Origin: Narcine bancroftii
Taxonomy: Eukaryota
Assembly (NCBI RefSeq): GCF_036971445.1
Contig: NC_091469.1
Coordinates: 417,074,001-417,138,000 of the forward strand
DNA: 64,000 nt
Direction: 5' to 3'
Below are positions 12,106 through 25,722 of this stretch, in pieces. A program made the position numbers and the translations under genes. A model generated the notes under the pieces. That model saw only the letters and a list, made by a program, of their open reading frames with translations. It searched no databases and was not told the origin of the DNA. How positions within the stretch are numbered: the first letter of the stretch is position 1; each line of letters starts with the position of its first letter.

Positions 12106-13090
12106 TAAATGGAATTCAAGATTGATGTCAGGAACTAATAGCTATCTAGGGTAAGATAGATGGGGAAATTGGGACAAAGGTGGGTATATCACCGTATACC
12201 CCTCTGTTCCAGAACAGCCTGATACCTTTTTCCCAAGACAATACATTTTGAAACTGGTCTGATAAAGGAATTAAACTTATCAACAAGGTCAGTTAATGTC
12301 TTTTATTTCAATTGAAGGATAAATATGAAATATCTAAAAATACATTTTTTTGTTATTTTCAAATTAAACGATTCTTAAGAGATTAACCCGGACCAGAAAG
12401 TTTATTACCGCCATGTAGGGAAGTGGAAATTATTGTCTGAAGAGAGCCATTATAGAAATTTGTACCTTTTATTACAGAGAGCAAAATGTAAACCAGGACT
12501 TTATAAACCTAAACAGAAATGGGAACAGAATTTGAATATTACATTTGATAAGCAATTATGGATAGATTTGTGTAAAGACTGCATGTCCAATACAATTAAT
12601 GTGCAATACAGATTAGTACAGTATAATATTTTACATCATTTATATATCACACCCTGTAGTTGCATAAAATAAAATTAGACTTAAGAAATAAGTGTTTTAG
12701 GTGTGGTGTGGAAGATGATATTTTTCTGCATTCCACATGGATGTGTCCAAAAGTAAGACCGTTTGGGGGAAAAGTAGGGGAATTGTTGGAACAAATTAAT
12801 ATTTCATATCCACAAAATCCTAATTTATTTTTGTAAGGGAATGTTGAGGGAACCAATCCTAAACTGGTCCTTTCATCTATTCAACGAAAATTTGTGAAAA
12901 TAGTATTGGCAGTGGCAAGAAAATGTATTGTAGTCACCTGGAAGATGGATTCTTAACTGGGCATAGATTGTATGCGGAAGTACAAAAGTCCATTCCATTG
13001 GAAAAAATTACATATAATTTGAGAAATAAATATAATACATACCTACAAATATGGAACCCATATATACATAAGATAGATATTGTGGGTTAG
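12105..13090 (+). mobile_element. L1/Tx1 ORF2 3' fragment
   Basis: KQKWEQNLNITFDKQLWIDLC...QYRLVQYNILHHLYITP, followed by a CFRC..HSTWMCPK zinc-knuckle remnant. Confidence 0.8.
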
Positions 13091-13509
13091 TTTTATTCTT
13101 TCTAATTGCTGTTCCCTATGACCTCACTGTTTAACCCCTTATTTTGAGACTGTGACTGAGATCGCCAATTCTAGATACCCTGCGGGATATAATCTCCTCA
13201 CTAAATCTACCAAGGCTCAAGAATGTTATGGTTCAATGAGAACTGTTCACATTCTTCTAAACTTTATACTAAGACATTTTGTTTACTCTCTCCTTAAATG
13301 TCAACTGAATCCCAATATTTAAAGTTCGCTTATTATCACATAACCCAACAAAACCACATTTCTCTGGGCCATGGTACATACACGTACACATGTAATACAT
13401 AGTACAATCACACATATACAAAAAGATATAATTTTAAATAAATATTTTGGGATGATTTACTTGGTTACAGGACACTGTTCATCAGTCTTACAGCCTGCAG
13501 GAAGAAGCT

Positions 13510-13800
13510 ACCGTATATTTTGGCATATAAGTTGACTGACATATGTCGACCCTGTTTTTCAGCCTAATTTTAAGTGTTTTATGGTATATCCGGTGTATGA
13601 ATCAACCCCCATTTTTCAGGCTGTCCTGGCTTCCCAGGAAAAACCCAAAATTTAAAAAAAACCCCAATCGCAAGTAACAAAGCTGTAATTTAAGTAAATT
13701 TTAAAAAACCTCGGCCTACCAGGTAGGAGCAGTGACGGCCCACTTAGCTGGAAAAGCGACATCGTGCTCCTGGTGGTAGCAGAAACACGGCCTACCAGAC
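13510..13800 (+). mobile_element. Second pogo left-end fragment
   Basis: taccgtatattttggcatataagttgactgacatatgtcgaccc, homologous to the 11512 terminus. Confidence 0.65.
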
Positions 13801-14879
13801 AGCAATATCGATGGCCCGCGGAGCTAGAACCACAACATTTTGCATTCTCCATTCTCTCCACAACAGAACCATTGATATGTAATAGAGAATAATTGACTTT
13901 ATGAAACTGAAATTAAAATTCTAGTCAAATGTCAATAGGACTGCAAAATTCTGTCATTTTGATATAATGAATTGTGAATTTTCTGGATAAGGATTGAAGG
14001 AATATTTTGCTGCAGGGATCATAGAACTGTAAATTTGGTCCTCGGGAATGCATTGTTTAGGTATAAAAGCATCAGTTTGGTTCAGGAATAGAGTCTGGTA
14101 CATTCATTTGAAAGACAATGTATCCTATTCTGAGTGACTCACTTCTTAACAGTAGAGAGCCACTTACAAAAATCTCAAGAATTTTCAGTACTCCACTGTT
14201 GCCTGTTTGAGTTGAGCTTTAATCCTCTGGAGCCTCATTATCATCCATGTCAAGGAAGACCACTTGATTGGTAAACAATCAATCATTTTAAACATTCTTT
14301 TCCTTCAATATCAGGGCACAATGGCTGCAATGTATAAATTCTGCAATATTGACTGCAGCAGCATCTCTCAATTTGGCCATCTCTGTAACCAGGAAGATGA
14401 ACATCAAGAGCTTGGAAACACCAAGACTGCAGATTCCCCTCCAAATTGCACACTGACTTGACTTGCAAGTATGTCACTGCTCCGAAATGCTACCCAATGG
14501 CAGTGTGGAGGAATGACTGAAGCAGCTCAACACCATCTTCTTAATGGCATTCAGAGCTGTGTAATATGTTTTTTTCTTGCCTGTGAAGTTCAAACCTTGA
14601 TCCAGATAAATAAATGAAAAAAAAACTATTGGATGTTGGTGGCTTGAAAATAATTTGAGTAACTGCAGTTAATGACACTTTGTCTGAGTTTTCCAGTATA
14701 CTGCATTTTTATCAGACCCAGTGTGAGCTAGAGATCTTTTCCTACTCGGGATCTCATTCAGCCAGAGGTTTATGCCACTCAGATGTGCTGTAAGGTCTCA
14801 GGAGAGCTGGATCACTGCGATTGAAGGTTGATTGCTGATGTCAAAGGCAGTTGATTGTAGGTTCAGCATGGCGATGAAG

Positions 14880-16060
14880 GAATGAAAAATTAAGTGCTCA
14901 GAAGCTGACTCTATTGGTAAGTCACACCTCTGGTCTGCTCACCTTCCAACCAGAAAATAAGTCAATTTCTGACATTCTGGCTCAATGATCCTTTTTCTGA
15001 GTCAATTCTCTATGGTTATGATTGATTCATTCCCACTCCAGTACTTTGGGTTCTGGCCATGTTGGATTTGAAGTACAGAAAATCACACTTGATGGGCAGG
15101 TTGATGAGTTTTTTGGATATTGGTGCTGTTTTCAATTTTGTTGTGCATTATGCATGGCCTAAACATTCTCCAGTCAAACAGAGATTTGAGATGCTTCTCC
15201 TTCAATTTGTTTGGTCAGAAGCTTGGGATTTCCATGTCAATAAGAATGTAACATTCAACAATATCCTCAAAATGTCCTCCTGAAAATCTATTGCGATCTC
15301 AGAGCTTGCAATAAGCTTGCTTCAAGAGTCTGAATCAGATATGTGGATGATGTGGATTGCCTCATGGAGCTGATTGAGCATAATTGAATCCTTGATGTTG
15401 ATGATTGGCTTTGGTGAGGATGTTAACATTGATGAATCTGTCTTGCCAATGGATTTGGAGAATTTTGCAGAAATTATATTTGTTATACTTCTTTAGTGCT
15501 TTGTGGTCGGCACTGTTGCTTGTTCACATTGCCAAAGTATACAGAAAGGCTAGGTTTGATTATTTCATCTTCTTAAGCAGTATCTGAGGTCTCTGCCAGA
15601 GATGACTCTTGATGAGATAGTGGATTAGTTGTTTATGTTATTGTATCATTCTTCCACTGTCTATACATTTGACTTTCACATGTTCCAATCATTGATACTG
15701 ACATTGCTAAGTGTTCTTCTGGATGTTCTTTCTTCCCTATGAGCAATCCTAGGCCAGATATTTCCATATGTTTCAATTCTTCAAGAAATGTTTGAATCTT
15801 TTAATTGTCTACATGTGACTAAACTTGGAGTTTATTGTGCTAACATGAAACTTGATATTGAGTTTTCAAATACACATTTCCTCAGTTGACTGGGGGAGAT
15901 TGTGAATTTTATCTTTGTCTATTTTCACTTCGAGGTGGGTTGCAAGATAGAGAGTGATCCATGTTTTCTAGATTTTTGACATGGATCATGATTGTTGTGA
16001 AACTGGATAGATTAGTAGAGAACTTTTTTCAGACAATTAGTGCAAGGCTCATTCTTACAT
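14880..16060 (-). mobile_element. Highly degraded LINE (RTE-like) fragment
   Basis: Decayed RT and endonuclease-like text (ttgatgattggcttt..., gatccatgttttctag..catggat); no long ORF. Confidence 0.4.
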
Positions 16061-16519
16061 ATTCTTCAGCATAGAATCATACAGCAAAGAAATAAGTTAT
16101 TCATGCTGACCAGTGGGCATCCATCCATATTAACCCCATTGCACAGATTGCTTGATTAGCGTTAGTGACCAATTCACTAAGGTAGGACAAGTGCTTGCCA
16201 CTCCCTGGTTGAAGAAGAGTCTGAATGTCAGATGTTATCATGCATACCATAACCTTATTTTCTTCATCTGGGTAAAGGATAACGTCAGAATATCTTGACC
16301 ATCTTCAAGGGTAAGTCCACTTGCAGTAATTACAAATATATTTTATTGTCATTTGCCACAGGGAAAATCATGGCAAAGATCCATGACTTCTCACTGACCA
16401 GAAATGTAATGAGGATTCTAATCATCATATTTTATCCAGTTATGAATTACAGACTGAGCAGCAAGCATTTACTCTTCTCTACTGTATAAACCATTTGTCT
16501 GATGCACTTTTTCCCCTAG

Positions 16520-16596
16520 GATTGAAGAAATCATACAATAGAAAGAACAGAAATTATATGCAAAACAAATCAATGGCCGAGGAAAAAGAGAACATG
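16520..16596 (+). CDS. ZCWPW2: ZCWPW2 linker exon, phase 1->0
   Basis: Strong sites ctttttcccctAG| and ATG|GTgagt; open frame (G)LKKSYNRKNRNYMQNKSMAEEKENM; phase continues from exon 783-897; lies in non-repeat DNA. Confidence 0.72.
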
Positions 16597-17299
16597 GTGA
16601 GTTACAGGTTACTTGGATCTTCTTATTGGTAAAATCTGTCAAAACATTACAAGTAACAGTTTAAATGATCATTATTACAATGCAACATGTTTACTTTTGT
16701 AAAACATTAAATTGACTGAAAATAAAATAAAGACAGATTTTGGGTGCATTGATAAATGGGTGGTGGTTGTTATTCAAATCTTTTCAACATGTCTACAAGC
16801 TTTCTGTGAACTTTTGCAATGAAGTCACAGTGATCAGAAAGTGATTTTAATAGTGCATTGCCAAGATGAGTTTTCGAGTAGAGCTATCAATGAATTGAGG
16901 TTTATATGGATAATTAATACATAGTAATGTTTTTCAAACAATATTTGATTATATTATTAGGGCTCAATATACCATCTATCTTAATTTGAAGCCTGGGTCA
17001 AATTCCCAGCTCAGATAAGAATCTGTTCAAGGAGCAGTGCTACTGCAACATGATTTTTCTTTGTGTATCTGATAATGAAATTGTGTTGGCAGCACAACAG
17101 CAACCTATGGCTGAAAGGTGCTCGATTAAACTTCTGCAGCGGTACAATTGAATTGAGAAGTCAATTGCACACTACAAAAATAACCTATTTTCATTTGTAT
17201 GGTGCTGAGAAAAATCAAGATAAAAATATGAATTTCTCAGTTAACATTTTCTAAAAATTGTAAATGCTAATTGTTTTTTTTAATTGTGAAAAAAAATAG

Positions 17300-17361
17300 G
17301 TGAAAGAATATCATCAGTCTAATGGATGGATAAGAAAATCTATGTCAGGAAAATCTAAACC
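17300..17361 (+). CDS. ZCWPW2: Probable ZCWPW2 linker exon, phase 0->2
   Basis: aaaatAG|GTG...AAA CC|GTaagc; VKEYHQSNGWIRKSMSGKSKP. Supplies exactly the phase change needed between 16596 (phase 0) and 33222 (phase 2). The acceptor is weak (A-run instead of a pyrimidine tract). Confidence 0.5.
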
Positions 17362-17619
17362 GTAAGCCAAAGTATCTGAAATTATATTTTGATCATACAA
17401 TAGAGTTATTGTTAGAAATGTGTTTGCATTCAAAATAGGTGAGCAATAGGAGGAACCATGCCATACATGCTTGCTCATGTGTGTACAGGGATCATATTCA
17501 ACCAATGGGGCCCCATAGTACCTATGTGCAGTCAATACCTCTCAGGTGGTGAATTTTATGCGGCTTAATATGTAATTATCCAGTACATGTTGGAGACAAG
17601 TGGTTGAGATTAGGCAGTA

Positions 17620-19395
17620 GGTTTCAGATTTATTGTTAGACTATATACATAACATCACATACAACCCTGAGATTATTTTTCCTGTGGCCAAGGCAGAATT
17701 ACCACTATTGGTAGTGCAAAAATATTTACTCAAAGTCCACATGTAAACAAATAAAGGAATGTAAACAAACTGATTGTGCAATACATAAAGAAAAAGTAAA
17801 GTGCAAAAAATAAGTCTTTAAATGAGTCCCTGATCGAATTTGTTGTTGAGGAGTTTGATGTTTGATGGTGGAGGGGTACCAGCTGTTCCTGAACTTGGTG
17901 GTGCAAGTCTTGTGGCACCTATACTTTCCCCATAACAGCAGCTATATTTTGTGGGTGTCTGAGGAGATTTGGTATGTCACCGAAGTCACTCGTAATCCTC
18001 TACAGGTGTACCATGTTAGGTCTGCTTTGTTCATGAATGAGTGAGTCAAACACCAGACTGAGTCGAAATCAAGGTTCTTTGTTCTTTATTGCCGGATTGT
18101 AACACTTGCAACTAACAGTGTTAGTTGGAGAAGGCGCATTCTGCCGTTATCAGCAAGTGGTGTTTTTTTTATATACCTTAGGATACGTACTTAGTAAATT
18201 ATCATACCATGACATTGTCCAATGAATAAACTGTTGCTGTCCCTCTCTGCTAGCCTCCTGCACATCAATTTGTCATCCCTACTCTTATCTTGAGAGTACA
18301 AGGTCACAACTGCATCTTGTTACGGCCCAGCACTGGGTGACTCCCTCTACATTCCCAGCTCATGATGTTTTTACCTAACAACCATGGAGAGCATTCCAGC
18401 TGGTTGCATCACTGCTTGGTATGGAGGTGCCAACTCTCAGGACAAGAAAAGACTCCAGAAGGTTATTAACGTGGCCTGCACAACACAGGCAGCAGACTTC
18501 ACTCCATCGAGGACATCGACATGAGGCGGTATCTTAAAAAAGCAGCCTCTATCCTCAAAGACCCCCTCCACCCAGGCCATGCCCCCTTCATTTGGTTACC
18601 ATTGGGAAAAAGGCACAGGGGCCTAAGATGAGCACTCAGTGGCACAAGGACAGCGTCTTCCCTGCTGCCATCAGATTCCTGAACTAAAAGCACTTCCTTA
18701 TTTTTCAAGCACTATTATTAGTTATTATTATTTTATTTTATTTTTTATAGTCATGTCATAAGATGGTTCTAATATGAATGTTTGCCCTATGATCCTGCCA
18801 GAAAACACTGAATTTCATGACTTGCTTATGACAAATCCTGATTCTGATCTATGCCTCTTTCCTGATGGAGGCAGCAAGAACAGGTTCTGTGCTGAGTGTT
18901 GCGGATCCTAAATGATTGCTGCTGCTCGCCGACGGCAGCGTTCCCTGTAGATGTTCTCGATGGTGGGGAGAGGTTTGTCTATGATGTGTCCACTACCTTT
19001 TGCAGGTCTCTAAGCTCGGGGTATTGGTGTCCCCCTACCAGACCGTGATGCAGCTGGGCAGCACACTTTCCACCACACATTTGTAGAAATTTGCCAGTGT
19101 TTCCGATGTTGTATGAAATCTCTGCAAACTGCTGAGGATGTAGAGGATTTGATGCGCTTTCTTCACGATGTCATTAGTGTCCTCTGAGATAGTAACTCTC
19201 AAGAACTTACAGTTCACTTGTTCTACCTCTGAGACCTCAATGATTACTCGATTGTACACCTCTTGTTTTCCCTTCCTGAAGTCAACAATCAACTCCTTGG
19301 TTAAGATGACATTGTGAGGTTGCTTTTGGTGCACCATTCAGCCAAGTTTTCAATCTCCCTCCTGTATGCCGACTCATCACCCCTTTTTTATACAA
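17620..19395. mobile_element. Cluster of three Rex1/Babar fragments in alternating orientation
   Basis: Minus 17620-17940; plus 17950-18850 (YRCT|MESIPAGCITAWYGG); minus 18850-19395 (TKELIVDFRK..FYKCVVESVLPSCITVW). Confidence 0.8.
18014..18380 (-). mobile_element. Gypsy-type solo LTR (367 bp) with 4-bp TSD
   Basis: ACCA|TGTTAGGT...ACCTAACA|ACCA: perfect 8-bp terminal inverted repeat; TATA and AATAAA on the minus strand; interrupts a Rex1 reading frame. Confidence 0.9.
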
Positions 19396-19880
19396 CTCAT
19401 GACTGGTATTGTGCTATGGTACAGTAGTAACAATAATTGGGCCTTTCAAAGATAGTTTCTCTGAAAGGAAGTATTCTCTGTGATTGCAACCCAGAGGGAA
19501 AGATTTGATACGATAAACAGCTATAAGAGATGCAGGTTAAATTATCAGCATCTTCATTTTTTCTTCTATGAGGCCTGAGTCCAAGGGCTATGCAGGAAGA
19601 GGGAGAGCAATTCTCATTGAAGAAAGTGGAGGTAAAATGTTTACAATGTTCATCTGGCAATGTCATTGCTTACAAGGAAAGAGTAATTTGGGAGGACAAT
19701 AAAGGACGTTAGATCTCAGTTTTTTTTTAACTGAGCTCATAAAGTATAGAAAAATGCAGCGCAGGTATAGGCCCTTTGGCCTACTTATGTCCAAATCAAA
19801 CTAAAACACAACTGCTCACACTTGATAGATATCCTCCATTCCTTACATGTTCATATGTCTCTAACTTAAATATTACAGTA

Positions 19881-20402
19881 CAGTACCCCGTATCTGAAAC
19901 ACTTGGATCCAGGCATTTTTCAGTTTTTGGGGTTTTTTTTTGCTATTTTCGGAACAATTGAACTAAGGAGCACAGGAGCATGAGCAGAAAGCTGTGTCAA
20001 AATTTAAACAACAACAACAAACAATGGCAGGCTATTTGAGCGCCGACATAATGCCACAAGTGGCAAATTCACATGAAATAATGTTTAGTACTTTACAAAA
20101 AAAACCTTGATCTCTGCTTACAAAAGGAGATAAATGCAGCACCCAACACTAGAAATTCTCCAAGATTACTTTTCCTCTTTCTTATCACTGTCATCCATAG
20201 AGGTATCTGCAGGCCTTTTTGCCATTTTCTACTATATCTTTGTACTTCAGAGCTCTGTTGTTATCAAAATAGAGCCAACAGAGCATCAGAACCCCACATG
20301 GGCATGTCAGGTGGTGAATATTTTTCAACTTGTGACATCATGTTGGCACTAAAAAAGCATCTTTTCGATTTTCAGATTTTCGGATACCGGGTACTTAGCC
20401 TG
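19881..20402. mobile_element. Tigger-type MITE
   Basis: TA|cagtaccccgtatctgaaa ... tttcggataccgggtacttagcctg|TA. Confidence 0.6.
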
Positions 20403-20409
20403 TACTAGT

Positions 20410-22450
20410 CTATCTCCCTCCACCATTACACTTGTCTGTGTAAAATATTTACCAAGCACTTTGCCCTTAAAATTTCTCCCCCTCAACTTTAAAGGCATGA
20501 CCTTGAGTATGTGCTGCTTTTACCCAAGGTAAAAGATTCTTACTGTCCACCCTATCAATGCCTTATGATGATGCAAACCTCCCTCAGCCTCCTTCACCCC
20601 AAATAAAATGAACCAACTTGTCCAATCTATCGCCATAACTCATATCCTCTAAACCAGATGCCATCCTGGTAAACCTTTCTGTACCTTTTCCTCAAAATCT
20701 CTATATCCACAATTTTATATAGCTGCAACATGAATTCCTTATTTTATATATTCAATACCCCTCCAAATGAAACTATGCATAGGATATGCCTTCGTTACAA
20801 AGCTATCTACAGGTGTGGCCGCTTTCAATGAGCTATGGATCTGGTCTCCCAGAACCCTCTGCATATCAATACCTTGAACTTTAGACATTCCCCTTACATT
20901 TGTCCTCTCAAAGTGCAACACCTCTAACCCATCTGGATGAGCCACCTTGTCAAACTCCGTGCTAAAGTCGAGGTAAACAACATCCATCTTTGTCACTTCT
21001 CAAAAAACTCAATCAAATTAGTAACACATGACCTTCCCCTTACAAAGTCATGTTGATTATTTCTAATTGGACCATGACTTTCCAAATTGCATAAATCCTT
21101 CCCCTAAGTTTCCAATAATTTCCTTACCACTGATGTGAAGCTGACTGGCTTATAATTTCCTGTATTGTCCATTTTCCCTTGTTTAACAAAGGTACAATAT
21201 TAGCAACTCTCCAATCTTCTGAAAGCTCTCCAGTCACCAGAGAGGATGCAAAGATTGTTGTAAAGGCCCCAGCAATCTTTTCATTTGTCTCTTTCAAGAA
21301 ATGTGGATATATCCCATCAAGCCCAAGGGACTTATTCACCTTAATGTTCCCCTAAGTACCCAACATCACCTCTTTCTTGATCTCAAAATGCCCAACACGA
21401 GTGTTCTCCACATCCTGTTCCCTATCACTGCCCATGTCCTTCCCTTTTGTAAATACTGATGCAAAGTACTCATTGAGTACCTCAGCCACTTCTTTTGACT
21501 CCAAGCAATAATTTTTTCCATTGTCCTTGAGTGGTCCTATCCTTCTTACAATCTTTTGTTTTCAATATAAGGGTAAAATGCCTTGGAATTTTCTTTAATT
21601 CTGCTCACCAAGGAGATTTCATGGCCTCTTTTGGTCTTCCTAATGCCTTACTTGAGCTCACTCCTGCAATCTTTATATTCTTCAAGCACCTGTCTGTTTG
21701 TAGCTTCCTGAACTTTACATGCACCTCCTTTTTCTTTTTGATGGTTTATATCCTCTTTTGTCATCCATGGTTCTATTATCTTACCGTCCTTATCCTTATA
21801 TCTCACTGGAACATGCTGGTTCTGGACTCTAATTAGTTGATGCTTAAAAAACACCCATCTTTCAATTATGGGCTTGCCTGATAACAACTGCTACAAGTTT
21901 ACACCTCTTAAGTTCCTCTCTGATAATATCACAGTTTCCCTCCCCCAATTTGGCACTTTCTACAAGGCCAAAGCCTATCCTTGTCCATAACTTTCTTGAA
22001 ACTTAAGAAAAAGTAATCACTGTTCCCAAGGGCAGCATGATTGGTATAATGGTTAGTGCAATGTCTTTACAGCACCAATGTTCGGGATCGGGTTAGAATC
22101 CCACACTGTCTGTAAGGAGAATATATTAATTGGGTGTAAATTGGGCAGCACGGACTCATGGGCCAAAATGACTTGCTACAGTGCTGTATGTCTAAATTTA
22201 AAAAAAAATTAAAATATTCCCACACTGAAACTCTGATTACCTGGCCTCACTCATTTGCAAATACAAGATCTAGAATAGGCCTCTCCAAAATTGGGCTGCC
22301 TACATATTGCTTCAAGAAACTATTCTTGATGTACTTAACATATGTGCCCCATCAAAGTCTCTGGCACTAAGGACGTCCCAGTCAATATTAGGGACATTAG
22401 AAATCTTCAACTGCAACTTTTCATAAACTCGCTACGTCTCCGTTCCTCCA
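20410..22450 (-). mobile_element. Degraded CR1 ORF2 (endonuclease to RT), interrupted by a SINE
   Basis: Minus ORFs DVVYLDFSTEFDKVAH, KSLGLDGIYP..LKE..EDWRVANIVPL, EPWMTKE. Confidence 0.85.
22030..22200 (+). mobile_element. V-SINE (HE1-like), internally deleted
   Basis: tRNA-like head ggttagtgcaatgtctttacagc..gggttagaatccc; tail ctgtatgtctaaattta. Confidence 0.7.
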
Positions 22451-22453
22451 CTT

Positions 22454-23830
22454 TGTGGTGGAACCACTGTATTACTGTTTGTACATGTATGGCTGGCCCA
22501 CCCCTTGCTGATTGTACCAGTGGCTCCTCCCCCTTGATTGCACTAATAAAGGCGACAATGTCATAACCACTCCCCAGAACAAATTCCGATCTCAGATCAG
22601 TAACATGAGTTGTGCCATCAGTTTATGGTAATAAAAGCCGATCAGTCAGGTGACCTAGTCTTTCGAGTTATTGATAGCGCATCAATTTTATTACTATAAT
22701 TTTTTTGGAATGGACAAGTTGCTGAGACCAGAGAGGATGGAGATTGACCTGCGGTCACCAGAAGCATCCGACAAATTTGAAGTCTGCCTACGATGCTTTA
22801 ACAAGCTTCTGCAGGCCTCCACCGAGATCGTACAATCTGACACAGATAAGCTTCACTTACTGCACCGCGTTTACCCAATGGTCAGAGACTGCAAGACATC
22901 CACCAAAGCAATGGACATTCTGAAATGCCAGTACCTGCCCAGGTGAATGAAGTCTATGGCAGGCACGTCCGAGCCATGCATAAGCAGGAACCCGGGAGTC
23001 AATCGAGGTCCTGCGAGTCTTCAGACGGGCCAGTGGCTGCAAAGCTGTATCAGTAGAGGAGCTGATCCAAGTTGTCTGTGCCGCAGACATCAGATCGGAA
23101 TACTTTCGCCAGTAATTGCTAGAACAGCGTAAATTGAAACTGCAAAAAGCCATCGAACTGGCTAAATAAAACCCTGGAAATAGCTCTCCACAATGTGGTC
23201 TCTTTTTCATCTGATAACGTGCAGAACACATTCACCACCATCATGGGACGCCCGATCGCAGGCTGCCCCATGCCCTGACCTGACTGCCACTGCCGCCAGC
23301 AGTGAGTACCCAAAGTGATACTTCTACGGCCACCAGAAGCACCCCAGGAAGCGCTGCCTGGCAAAAGACGTGGTCTGTTCCAGCTACAGGAAGAAAGCAC
23401 ACTGTGTGAAGGTATGCAAATCTAAGCAACCTAATCCGAGCAGTGCCACGTGTGGGCAGTAGGGTCCACTGCCATCTTGGACAACGCCACTTCCAATGGG
23501 CCACTGCCATCTTGGATGATGTCACTTCCGACGAACCACATTACCATGTGGGCACCATGGAGGCCGTCATCCTGGAGGACACCATCTTACTAGACCATGA
23601 GCCAGTACAGTGGGTCAGACAGTGACACTACTCTGGCTTCGGTCTCGCCCTCATCAGCTTGCCAGGTTGATGATGGACATAGAGGTAAATGGGCACAAGA
23701 CGGGGCTGCCTGTTCGATAGAGAACTTCATCTACCCTGCAGTGTTACTCCCTCGCAGTGAGACCAAAGAGTTGCAGAGTCTCCATGGCCTCTTAGTCCCA
23801 CTCGGAAGAGATCCGTGGCAGCTTCTATAA
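22454..23830 (+). mobile_element. Gypsy LTR retrotransposon: 5' LTR (22454-22684) plus degraded gag and protease
   Basis: TGT..CA LTR containing AATAAA; gag-like MDKLLRPERMEIDLRSPEASDKF; decayed CCHC knuckle near 23310-23400; protease-like text near 23680-23730; 3'-truncated. Confidence 0.75.
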
Positions 23831-24674
23831 TCTATAAGCTCATTATTATTATCACTTCTGGAAATCTCTCCTTCACTGCTATCACAATAAAAAGGTACCC
23901 TACTTTTAAGTTTGCCAAACTTAGGTGAAAGTCTTACTTTCAAACTTCTTCTTAAATCTTTGCTAATTTCACAACCCTCAGTATTAAGGCTCAGTGGTAG
24001 ATTTGGAGGATTTGGAAATTACAAGTTTATAGCGATTAAAGCCTGTTAATCTTAACTTCTGGTCTGTCAGGTCTAATTGATAGCACTAAACCTTCATAAA
24101 GGTATGATAAAATGTAGACAGGCACCTGAATGAATACTGCAATTTCACATATACTATTTGAGTAACTCCATGATTTTTTTTCCCCCACAGGAGTAATGTT
24201 TGTTCTTTCATAGCATATTGTGCTCTGACCTGTTCATTTGTTTTCTTTAATTGTCAGGTCCTCACAAAGGCATTCTATTGAATACTGCTGATAGAGTAGT
24301 AGTAGGGATACACAGGAAAAGCAGAAGTCTGCTTCTCATCCATCTTCGCTTACATGTAAAAGGGAAGTTCCTTGGAAAGCAAATACTTCCAATACATATG
24401 CCAAGAGTAGTTTCAAGAAACCCAACCCATTTTCTCCTTGCTTTGTAGGGCAGAAAAGTTTAAAGCCCATCAAGTGTAATACTTTCAATGTGCATTGAAA
24501 TTGGAGTGGACGTCATGATTGCACCTTCTCTTTCTAATTGGGGAGAACCCTGAACTAATATGTCAGTTGAATGTCAGCAAGTCCATTTTTAAAAAAGACA
24601 AATGCCAGAAAAGATTTATTTCATAATCAGGTAAACATTCATATCAGCGTTTATAATGGAGCAAGCTTATATCA

Positions 24675-25620
24675 AACAGTACAATTTTCTACAGAGATGT
24701 GGTGAAAAGTGTGCTGACCAGCTGCATTGTGGTCTGGAATGGGGACACCAATACCCCTGAGCATAAAGCCCTTCAAAAGGAAGTGGACACAGTGCATGAC
24801 ATCACAGGCAAAACCCTCTCCATTATTGAGAATATCTACAAGGAACGCTGCCATCGGAGAGCAGCAGCAATCATCAAGGATCCACACCACCAAGCACACG
24901 CTTTTTTCTCGCTGCTGTCATCAAGAAAGAAGTGCCACATGACTTTTACCATCAGGTTCAGGAACAGCTGCTACCCCTTCACCTTCAGACTCTTCAATGA
25001 CAAACTGAATCATAAAACCAGAACCATAAAATCAAACTTACTCGTTAATAAGGATGTCCTAAGATCGCTGGAAGACCTTAGAATTGGAAGAATGGGCAGT
25101 CTCCGTCAGACCGTGGGATCGTTAAACAGCCAGTGCTGAGTCCAGTTCAACACTACTGGAGTTTTAAACAGCCAGTGATCAGGCCATTTAAACTTCACGA
25201 GAATAGCATACAGCATCAGTACACTTAAGACGTTGTGGGAGATTCAAAGGGACATCGCAAGGACTATTTAAACACACTGGGAACTACCAGCAGTGGACCC
25301 ACAGGCCACGTAAAGAAGACCTGACCACATGGATGCTGGGTGGGGGGTGTGCATGACAGGTTAAGCTGAGATGCTGGGCCATGAGGATTCCACTGCCTAA
25401 CATCCTCTTGGCCAGTGTATAATCCTTGGAGAACAAATTTGAGTTCTTCAACATCAGAGAGACATCAGGTAATGTGTGATGAGCCTTACAGAAATATGGC
25501 TAAGTGCAAACATTCAAGACATGGCACTACAGCCCAAGGGCTATACTCTCCATTGTGCTGACCAGACACCGGCATCAGGAAAAAAACAGAGGAGGTGGTG
25601 TTTGTGTTATCACCAATTAA
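24675..25620 (+). mobile_element. Rex1/Babar fragments (3' RT end, then 5'/endonuclease part)
   Basis: ORF 24699..25139: VKSVLTSCIVVWNG..IIKDPHHQAH..FRNSCYP; ORF 25476..: LTEIWLS...GYTLHCADQT. Confidence 0.75.
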
Positions 25621-25722
25621 TGACGTTTAGCAAGATTTGTTGGTGTGCTTTCTCCTCTGATACATTTGAAGAAGTCCTGTGGTATATCTCTTGCTCCTTA
25701 CAGGGGCCCAAGACCAATAGTA

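Noticed and set aside
24176-24500. Strong acceptors at 24190 and 24258 as coding exons
   Set aside because: The phase-compatible frames hit early stops and there is no good donor; possibly cryptic or non-coding.
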